Source: Zootoca vivipara
Taxonomy: Eukaryota
Assembly: GCF_963506605.1 (NCBI RefSeq)
Contig: NC_083280.1
Location: forward strand, 8,060,001-8,124,000
DNA: 64,000 bases
Reading direction: 5' to 3'
Shown: one piece after another, positions 52,793 to 64,000 of the stretch
Position numbering within the stretch: the stretch's first letter is position 1
Layout: the number at the start of each line of letters is the position of its first letter
Translations under genes and position numbers: made by a program
The notes under the pieces: model-generated
What the model saw: the letters and a program-made list of their open reading frames with translations, nothing else
Told to the model about the DNA's origin: nothing
Databases searched by the model: none

Positions 52793-53937
52793 GACACATG
52801 CTTTTTTTTAAAGAAAAAAACCATAACACCCCAGAATGTGCTCTGTTGTATCTTACCAGCCACATGGGGATAGGTGAGCAAAATACAGGGTACGAAGAGG
52901 TGACTGTTCCTTGCACGCAGTGGGTGCATCATAGAAAAATCCCAGAAAGCTACAAAACACATGTTGATTGAAGTAGTAGTAGTAGTTTGGATTTGATATC
53001 CTGCTTTATCACTATCCTAAGGAGTCTCAAAGCGGCCAACAATCTCCTTTTCCCTTCCTCCCCCACAAAAAACACTCTGTGATGTGAGTGAGGCTGAGAG
53101 ACTTCAGAGAGAAGTGTGACTAGCTCAAGGTCACCCAGCAGCTGCATGTGGAGGAGCGGGGAAGCGAACCCGGTTCACCAGATTATGAGTCCACCGCTCT
53201 TAACCACTACACCACGCTGCCACTCGCAGCCCATGGTTTGGTTGTTTTGGCACAGTAGGCCGGGCTTCTGCAGATGTTTTGGACTACAACTCCCATCCGA
53301 TGGGAACTGTAGCCCAAAGCAGCCGGAGAGGCACAAGGCTGCGGAAAGCTCTTCCAAAGTGAGGTTTTTTGAATGAATGCTTTTGTTAGGCTCATTATCA
53401 GGGAGGGCAGCATCATGTGTGCAAGCATATGGCCTGGGCACAAAACTGGTTAAGAACCACTTAAAAATTCAGCCGTAAGGATCCCTTGAAGTGAAAAACA
53501 ACCCCAGGGTAAAGTGCAAGGAGGGCTCTGCACGTACAATAATAAAAAAAAAAGGATTGAGTCAGTGTTTCCAAGGACTGTGGCTGAACGAGAGATACTG
53601 GGCAATCGGTTAACAGAGGCTGGTTGGCTAGAGGGTGAAACGGCCAATATGACATACAGTATATTTTGCCTACATACTGTGTCCCCTGATGGAAAGCTCT
53701 CATGCATTCTTGCATTGCTGAATAAAGTATGAATTTTGTGTACTCGAACCCCCAAGGGAAATCTATTATATCAGAAAAGCCAGAGTCCTGGTCCTAGTCC
53801 AGAATCTTGTCATTCCCCTTTTCCTTTCTGACATTATCAGGCCGGCTTTCTCTTCATCTGTCTTGCTCTCTGTCCTTCTGCCCAGGAAGGCCATGTCTCC
53901 TTTGCTATTTGAGATGAAACTTGGCCAGGATTGCAGT

Positions 53938-53975
<38 letters not shown>

Positions 53976-54684
53976 AGAGTCCAGATCCTGAACATTAGGA
54001 ATATATGACAAATCAGAAAGTCTCCAAAAGCAAGCAGATAAGTGAATTCAATCTGCAGAATATGGATTTCTGACTGCAGTCTTGCAAGCTTGTTGTTCTC
54101 AAATGCTTGGGCAGCGAACTTTCTAGCGTATATACAACAGCCAAATATATCTATATATATATATAAAAGCTACGTTTAATTAAGGTAAGAAACTGAGGTC
54201 AAACAGAGGCTCCCTCCTTTTCCCCAGGCCCCCAGCTAAGACAGCCGTCCCCAACCCAGCTTAGGATGGCAATGCTGATTCTCACAGAACTGTGGTCCTT
54301 ACCACAATCACCTGTGTAATAAAAATGGCAGTTTATCACAGGCACAGAGAAAATCCGGAGCACAAAATGTAGCCCTTTCAACCTCCCAGTTGTAGAGGAT
54401 GTTCTCAGTCGGCCTGGTACTCTGCCTGCTGCCACCAAGGGGACATTTGGGATACATTTTCACACTGCAGTCCTGGCGGAATCCGAAGAAAGATGATCTT
54501 CCTTGAGGCTGTTGATGCAGAGGCTTGGCTGGGGGGATGTGAGGAGGAAGAGGAGAAGAGGAGCTGGGGAGAGATGCTTCTTTTAACAGGCCAGCAAGAT
54601 TCCCTCCATGTACTCGGAGGGCAGCAAATGCCCACGCTGCCCCACACTGAGTCCACGCTGCTGCCATGACAGCTCCCAAGGTGG

Positions 54685-54870
<186 letters not shown>

Positions 54871-55362
54871 TTAAAACAACCCCAGCAGGGTCACGCAACT
54901 GCAGGTGCACCATACTATGGAACTCACTCCCACATCCTGCCCCAAGTTCTGCTGGACGCCCTTCTCAGCCCTCACTTTCTATGGCTGGTGCTCAATGGGT
55001 CTGGTGGGGTGGAAGGCAGGGAGCTCAACAGCAGGTGGCGCCAGAGGCAATGACAGGACAAGCCATTGCCTGCCTGGCTGTAAGTTAGATGCCAGGAAGG
55101 TGGGGCTGGCTGAGGGCATATTACTGGTGGGGCTGTGCTCTATTTGCTCTAAAGGACAGACCTCCAACAGCCTCGGAAAGACTTCTTACCGTCTTCCTAT
55201 TCACTCCCCACTGCTCCCAATCCAGTCGCTTAGGTCCTTTCCTATTGAGCATCACAAAGAGCTACACTCCGCGCTCAGAGAGCTTGTGAGAAGGTTATTA
55301 CTGGTATGTACCTATTCGTTTCCGGCCAGCCCTTTTCGCAAATAGGGGGGGGGGGACACTTA

Positions 55363-55503
<141 letters not shown>

Positions 55504-56954
55504 TCACATCACTTCAAGAGGTAACAACATGCTAATAAAGATCTGCGTATCTGTTTCAGCTGCATCACAAGTTTTAAATAGTGCAGATTACAGAGCCTGC
55601 AGATTTCCTCTTTCTAAATCCACTTGCAGCCTGGGGAACAGTAAGTTCAGGTGCCTTCACCAGGTGTCCTGCATGTCATACCAGAAATGGGCAAACTCCG
55701 ACCCTCCCAAGTTTTGTTGGACCTCAACTCCCATCAGCCTCAGCCAGCATAGTCAATGGCCAGAGATGATGGGCATTGTAGGCCAAACACAAGTGAAGGA
55801 CCACAGGTACTCCATCCTTGGGCTGTATGGCATAGCGGCCAGAGTGCTGGACTAAATCTAAGGAAACTTGGCTTCACATCCGCCTTCCAACAGGGGTGGC
55901 CTTGGCAGAATGTCTCTTTCTCTGCCTCGGCCACCTCACAGGGTTGTTGTGGGGATCCGTGTGTGTGCAGAGAACAGAGAACCATACACGCCACTTTGAA
56001 TTCCTTGGAGGAAAGGCAGGATATAAATGTAAAATACATAGAGGGTAACAAAATATTGTGCAGCAAGTTGGCAGGAAACAAAAGCACCCCTTTTATTGCT
56101 CTTTCCTCTCTGGCCCAGGAGGACTCAAGAGGAGCAAGAAGAACTTAAGAGGGATCTCATGAGAGGCATGGCTTAAGGAGTGCAAGGCAGACAGACACCC
56201 TGTGCATGAGGAGCAAACTGCAGAGGATGAAAATAGGGGTGGAAAACCTAACTCAGCTCAAGGGCTTGCACTTCATACTGTGCAACCTATCAGGGGCCAG
56301 AGACAAAAGTGGGCGGAGCAAAATCTCTCTCAATCCTCCATCCAGACAGGCAAAGGGGAGACATTCCATCAAGGCAAAAGTAGTGGTGCAAAGCAGAGCC
56401 AGAGAGGGGTGCAGCCAGGAGAGAGCTCCAAGAATCAGACAGAGAGACCTGGGTGGTCACATTTAGCCCCTGGGCTTCAGGTCCCCGACCCTTGGAGGCA
56501 GTAGAACCATTGTGTTTACATTTCAAATGTGAACACACTGTGGGTCTCTAAGACAGTTGGATGGGGCTGTGTATGCCTTCTTCCAACAACTCCTGCAGCC
56601 AAGCTGTTGCCAAACATATTGCACTGCTTTCCTTTGGACCACATCAGCGAGGCCAAGATAGGGGTCATGTCGCCTGGGCAGCCCAGGACCTCCAGACACA
56701 CTGCTCATGCTTGCGCCCTGGAGAGGTCACTTTGGTGCTGCTAACACAGCGGTTTGACTTCACCCCAGGAGGCAAACTTCATTGTCTCTCGAGCCAGACA
56801 GATACCATCTAGTGTAGGTTTTGAAGGTACTACAAAAAGAAGCTAGTTTTCAACCTTGCAGAAAGCTGAAAGGAAGGGCACACAACCACGGGACTGATTT
56901 GTGAAGTCCTCTCCTTGGCTAGTCCTCCGTTTGCCATCCTCTGGCCCCCCATTA

Positions 56955-57116
<162 letters not shown>

Positions 57117-57465
57117 TCATGTCGCAATGCCTTTGTCTAGCTTCATACATCACAGATTCGGCAGCTGAATTTCCAGGAAAAAACCAGCATGTGTTTCAAG
57201 AGATATGGGGACATTCAAACAACAAGCGAGGGGAAATCTTTGCATGGGGCAAGTGTGCAATAGGAATGCGTAAGTGTGATGAGTGTTTGGTCTGTGTTTA
57301 TGAGTATGGGATGGCTGTGCCTGCTTTTGCTATGGACACATCCACTGCTGGCATGTAATGTTGGGGTGGGTGGGAGTACAGGGGAAATGATCCATGGGCT
57401 AAAAAAGTTTTTAACTAGCTCTGGGTCAGAGAAACACGGCCAGGCAAGGCCCCTGATGGCACTCA

Positions 57466-57657
<192 letters not shown>

Positions 57658-58792
57658 TCAGTTTTGTGGAGCCAGGGAGAAGGATGAAGAGTTGCACATT
57701 TAAATACAAAATATCTGTTGAAACCCTGGCTCAGAGATCAAAGAGAAAGGGACCTAAAACTGTAAAGTTTTTGAGCCAAGATCTGAAGGGATTTTGAAAT
57801 GGAGGGTCACCAAAGTGAGCAGTGATTTGAACCTGGGTCTCTCAATTTGTAATCAGAAGCTCTCACCACAACACCAGGGCCGCATTCTCTCTTGTTGCCA
57901 TGGTTATTAGCATCTGAATTGTTAAGAGATCCTTCCCCATCACTCTTGCTTCATAAATTCAAGCCCTACTAAGCCAAGTAGACTTAGTAAACTTAGGCAT
58001 TGCAGTAGTAATAGTAGAAATAGCACTATTACTACTGCTAATAACAGTAATCATCACCACTATAGACATACTCTTGCACTGCAGCACACTGGCAACCTTT
58101 GTTTATTTATTTAATGAAGGCAGATATAAAATTAGTGGCTCGACTCAAACTGTTAAAGTGTTGGACTAGTATGTAGGTGCACTGGATTTCAAATGCCTTA
58201 TATACATATACGAAATGGTTTTTATTTCCAAACTGCTTTGAGATTGTATTTAATGTATGATGTATCTACAAAGCACCTTTTCTAGGTGTCTCAGGGAGTT
58301 TTGCAAACCGTTAAAACAGTTTTTAAAAACCAATTCCAAAATCCCCTGAAGAGAAGTTTGACCCTAAGGCGGAGAGGGACTTCTGCGCCCATTCAACTGA
58401 AATAAATAAATAAATAAATAAATAGGATGCTGTTGGGGGAGGAGATTCAGATTTGAATTCCCTGTCAACCATAAAGCTCAGAGGCGCTATCACAACCCGC
58501 CTCACACGGTAGTTTGCAAGGGTAAAATGGGAGGGGGGGAACTGGGGGTGAGGGGAAGGGAGAGAAAGAAACCAAGTACTGTACACTCCACCTCAAGAGC
58601 CTTGGAGGGGAAAACGAAAGGGTACACTGCACATGCACATGCAAACGCAGGAAGTCCGCAACTTAGGCACATTTAACTTGTGTCTGTTCAGCTGTACCCA
58701 AGGCAATTTTTTTTTAAGGGGGCAATCCTATCCGCCATTGCACCCATTGGGTTTCGGCTATAAATGCCCTTGGCTTTGGGTGCGATCCATCA

Positions 58793-59370
<578 letters not shown>

Positions 59371-59621
59371 GGAATAAATATATATTTGTGTGTATAGACT
59401 TAGAGTATACGTATATTTATATTTATCTGTACATGTATAGCACCCTGTTTAAAATGCATTTTATCTCATTTATATATTTTATTTTTCATCCTGCGTGTAC
59501 TTTTTTTTTAAAAAAACCCCTTTAACTTACATAAATTTAAGTATTACCGGTGCACCGTGTGGTTATTTTATTTATTAAATTTCCACGCCGCCCTTCGTCT
59601 GAGGATCACAGGGCGGTTTAC

Positions 59622-59624
<3 letters not shown>

Positions 59625-59683
<59 letters not shown>
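59625..59683. repeat. (TA)n microsatellite; other microsatellites near 2512, 10700, 13470, 16515, 28634, 34256, 48195, 53940, 62515
   Basis: Directly visible. Confidence 0.95.
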
Positions 59684-59689
<6 letters not shown>

Positions 59690-60690
59690 GTGTTTTAAAT
59701 GCTGCCATTGAATATTCAACGATGCATACGAGTGTTTGAGAATTATTAACTGCATATTAATTAAAGCATTTCCTTTACATTGCCTGGATCAGTAGTACAT
59801 TGGCAGCTGCTCTTTTAAATAATTTCAGTTATCGAGCCAATGGTATTGTGGGAGTTGAGCGGTTTCTTCCTCTCTTGCGTTGCTGCAACTTTCCCCATTC
59901 CATCTGCACAGGATTGGACCAGTTCTGGCTTCCAAGATTTTAGCCTGCCTCTAAAACCGCCACCTATTTTATTAGCATCATAATAGACAGAAATGCCACT
60001 ACTCAGCGTGGCAACTTCTTTGTAGTTGGTCAATTTAGCATAGCACTTAAGCCCCCCCCCCATGGATTCTTTGCACCACTTGTGACCCAGCCCCATGCTG
60101 AATGCAACTGACTGACCATATACTGAGGGATGGGGAGGGAACAGAGCAGTGAGAGCCACATGGCCTGCTTTGTACCCCCTGTGCCAACCTGCTGCCCTTC
60201 AGTGCAGTGCAAGAAATTGTCCTTTCACCCGAACTGGAGTATGATTCACCTGTCAGTCCAGGTGGTTTCTGTATGCACCTTGGTAGAGGGTGCCATCTTG
60301 CCTCAGACAGCAAAAGTTACTGAGCTGGACCTGGTCTTTCTTCATCGGAGGAACATCCTTGGGGAGACATGTTCTTCCAAACGCATTCAAGTATCGCTTG
60401 TATATTTGCACAGCCAAGCCAGCAAATCAAGCTGCTGACTTATTTCACGTAGGACTGCTGGGCTGTTGGCTTGTGTAGTGCCTACCACAAACCCAACTGG
60501 TGAAGCTCTACCCATCACTGAATCTGCATGCGGGCAGAAGCATCACGTTTAATTTCTTCCACCTCCATGCTGCAGCTTAAGTGTCATAAAGGGAAGAAAA
60601 ACAACAACTGCCAAGTACAACCTTGTACTCCTTCACGTCATGGATGGCCATCTGTCATGGGTGCTTTAGCTGAGATTCCTGCACTGCAGG

Positions 60691-60780
60691 CATAGCTGCC
60701 AAGTTATCCCTTTTTAAAAGGGATTTTCCCTTATGCTGAATAGGCTTCCTCGCGAGAAAAGGGAAAACTTGGCAGCTATG
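60691..60780. mobile_element. 90-bp hAT MITE inserted in a CR1-derived tail
   Basis: Perfect TIR CATAGCTGCCAAGTT and 8-bp TSD ACTGCAGG. Confidence 0.92.
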
Positions 60781-61199
60781 ACTGCAGGGGGTTGGACTAG
60801 ATGACCCTCGGGCTCCCTAACAACTCTATGATGCTATGTGCTGTTCAGAGGAGCTACCAGACTGCTGTTCTGGGTGCGTTTTAGAGCTGCAGCAAAAAGC
60901 AGAAATTCAGCCGGTGAAGTCCTTCCCAGCATTGCATGCCCAGCAGAAAAAAGAAAGCCTGTTCGGTTTCCGCATCCATTGACAGCCCTGCTTTTTACTC
61001 CTTGCTTGGAAGCAAAATCCCACTTCCGAAGGGCCGTAGCTGAGCGGCAGAGCGCAGGCACCAGGTTCCAATCCTGAGGGCGGCGGCATCTAAAGGTAAG
61101 GATGGGACTCGCTCCCTGCCTTGCAATCCTGGCCTCTGGCCAGTAGACAACCCTGTGCCAGGTGCGCAACTCAGTGAAAGGCAGCTCCTTACATTTCAA

Positions 61200-61810
61200 A
61201 GACGCGTGTGCGTAAAATCTGGCGGACGGGGCTAAGGAAATACAGCGGGGCGCCCGACCTGCCTCCTGCACGAACGGGGAGTGCTCTCGGCCAGGTGACT
61301 TAGGGATGCTTGCTTGCTTTGCATGTGTCTATGAGGAGGCGCGCTCCCATTGGCTGCCCGGCGCTTTTCCTTCCCGATACTAGGTTAGCAGCAGGAGGGC
61401 GATAAAGCCGGGTAGGCTGGGGGACGAGGATGCGCTCTCCATTGGCTGCTGCGCGCGCTCGTCCCGCCCGCTCGCCGATCATTCAATAAACTTTCTCCCG
61501 GCTGCAGCTGCCTTGGTCGGGCAGAACAGCCGCAGCAACGCGCAGGTTGCGGGCTGCGAGAGGGAGAGCGCCAAAGGGGCGACTGGATGGGCGTGTGCGT
61601 AAAAAGGGCTGGAGAGGAGCGCTGCTGCTGCCACTGCTGCTGCTGAGGCAGGGAGAATGGTGAGGGATAGGAGGAGGAAGATGGCACCGCCGCCACCTCC
61701 AGCTGCCCTTTGAGCTCTCCGGAGGGAGCGAGGAGACGACGACCTCGGCCCCACGCTCCTTCGAGGGGCCGCCTCTGTCCCCGGGGAGAACCCAACGCCA
61801 GGTGTCTATG
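61200..61810 (+). promoter_or_regulatory. CpG island promoter and 5'UTR with two similar inverted CCAAT boxes
   Basis: gcgctc(t)cCATTGGctgc occurs twice (about 61341-61357 and 61432-61449). Confidence 0.65.
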
Positions 61811-61883
61811 GATGTGCAGCGGAAGAAGAAATGGACCAACCTCACCATTGGCCTCCTTTTCCTGTCGGGAGGGATTGAGTACG
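61808..61883 (+). CDS. First coding exon of a probable MFSD8-like major facilitator transporter; rest lies beyond the window
   Basis: MDVQRKKKWTNLTIGLLFLSGGIEY + G|GTGAGC; basic patch, TM1 and GIEY(A) resemble N-termini of non-mammalian MFSD8-like proteins as I recall them; follows a CpG island. Confidence 0.7.
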
Positions 61884-62512
61884 GTGAGCTTCCCTGGGCA
61901 TGGCTGGGATGGGCATCGGCAAAGTGGGGTGGGGGTGGGGAGAGAGAGTACCAGGGGAGTGTTTGGACCCTGGATACAGAGTTGACAATTTTATATATAG
62001 CTTCATCACACACACACACCTACACATGTACATATATACGCGGGTTTTGTTGAGGCTGGTCTCAACATGCTGGTGTTATTTGTGTGTGTATTATTAGATT
62101 TTGTACCCCACAATTTTATATGTAGCTTGATCTCTCCCTCCCTCCCTTCACACACCAGGGGTGCCAACTTGAATAAAATATGGGGGGCAGGTAAGCCCCG
62201 CCCCATGTAATCTGTCTCAGGATGCGGCACACACACATACCATTTGAATGGCAACATCCATCCCATCAACATGGGGTACACCCCCTAAAATATTTTACTG
62301 AGGGGTTTCAAAGGGTCCTCAGCTCTTATGAGTTGGCTCCTATGACACACACATACCCTTTTGGTTGAAGCTGGTCTTATCATGCTGGTGTTTATTATTA
62401 TTTTTATTACGCCTTTACAGCTCTGGTACCCAGGTCTCCAGTCAAAAAGGTCTCCAGGAGTGACTTGCATTTGAGCAAAACAAAACTGTCCCTGCTCTGG
62501 TGCTTATAAGCT

Positions 62513-62557
<45 letters not shown>

Positions 62558-64000
62558 ACAAAGGGGAAAAGGAGGCTGTTCTGCGCTATCTGGCCAAGAG
62601 GTCCTCCAGAAAGGGCTCCCTTGCTGCTGAAGTACTGGTAGCATACTCTGCCCCTAGGAAGCCCAGGTTTTAAGGGGAGGAGCTTGGTGATGGAGGAAAT
62701 CCAGTTTGGGAGGCTCCCTGGCTTGATCCTCTGATCCAATGCAGATTTTGTAGATAGATTTTCATCTTTATTGCATGCTCCAGGAATGCACATTGGATGT
62801 TTTGAGGTTTTTGTGCCTCTGCCAGTTGTTCAGCATGCCTGCTTTGAAGAGATCCTGGCCTGTAGATAATCACATGAACTGCGTGGTTAAGTCTGAGAAG
62901 GTGCAGTTCTTTAGCCCTGAACTTTCCCCACACACCTGCTTTGCTTCCTGCCATTCCCAGATAGGTGGGAGGAAGTGACTGGAAGTATTTTGCTGTGCTC
63001 ATCACTTAGAATCATAGAATCTTAGAGTTGGAAGGGACCCACGGGTCCAACCCCCTGCAATGCAGGGATCTCAACTAAAGCATCCATGACAGATGGCCAT
63101 CAAACCCCTGCTTATAAACCTCCAAGGAAGGAGAGCCTATCACCTCCCGAGGGAGACCGTTCCGCTGTCAAACAGCTCTTACTGTCAGAAAGTTCTTCCT
63201 GGTGTTTAGTCGGAATACTTTTTCGTGTAACTTGAATCCTTTGAATCAAGTCCTGCGCTCTAGAACAGCAGAAAGCAAGCTTGCACCCCCTTCCATTTGC
63301 AAGCGCTCCAGATATTTGAAGATGGCTATTGCATTTCTTCTCAGTCTCCTCTTTTCCAAGCTGAACATAGCCAACTCTCACTTCTCACCACTTTCAACCT
63401 GTGCAGTTGGTTTGCTCCGGCAGAGTCTAGAATGCTGTGCCTTGCAAATTTGTTTTCCGGATGCAAATGGTTTTCTCCCAGGAAACTAGCATCTGCTTCC
63501 TAACCTTTGACTTCTAGAAGCTTGCCAATTGTCGTTGGATAGGTTGGCTGTTTCGGTTGCTGTTCCTCTGCCCTGTGATCGGATGAGGTTAGCAGGCCAT
63601 ACTCCAGAGTAAGGACATAATAGGCTTGGGCTGCAATATGGAAATGTTCTTGGGGTAAGATGCTGGAGTAAGCATGATTGGAGTCAGAGGGGGTAGGCAA
63701 TAGCGACCACAGGTGGCATCAGCCCCAGACAGCATTGCCAAGGTCAGGGATGATGCCAGTGTTGTTGGACTACAGCTCCCAAGTCCCCACATTGGCTCAC
63801 CCTTGAATGTGAGATTCCTCTCACTATTCTCAAGGTGCCGGAAGCAGCAGCCTTGCAGAAACTGAACAGGCCTGGGTCTTTGTCAGTGCTAGGATAGAAG
63901 AAATTCTGAAAGGCCTCATGGAAGAGGGCCAAGAGACAAATGTACGAAATCAATAATAGTTGCAGGACACTTGGAGGGATAAAGCTTAGAAAAACGTGAC

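Noticed and set aside
61681-61713. ATGGCACCGCCG as the CLCN2 start expected from human synteny
   Set aside because: Stops after 10 codons and has no LQYEQTL-like motif; treated as part of a uORF.

Overview
Vertebrate genomic DNA. The repeat content (Sauria SINEs, Bov-B, CR1, L2, Penelope, hAT and pogo MITEs) points to a squamate, probably a lacertid lizard. The window covers the CHRD-THPO-POLR2H locus. CHRD coding exons 1-4 lie on the minus strand and the gene runs off the left edge. THPO is complete on the plus strand (5 coding exons, 203 aa, no mammalian glycan tail). POLR2H is complete on the minus strand (5 coding exons, 150 aa). Head-to-head with POLR2H is the first coding exon of a probable MFSD8-like MFS transporter, where mammals have CLCN2. 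The most unusual features cluster on THPO. (1) A hammerhead ribozyme core (CUGAAGA / GAAA / GUC, stems II and III intact) lies on the sense strand between the THPO stop and its first AATAAA. (2) An intact, intronless TBCB retrocopy sits sense-oriented in a THPO intron, with its own poly(A) signal and a possible in-frame splice acceptor. (3) uORFs overlap the THPO start codon, as in human. Together these suggest several post-transcriptional controls on THPO; none is demonstrated by sequence alone. Exon boundaries were read by hand; repeat boundaries are approximate and family names are from recall, not a database search.
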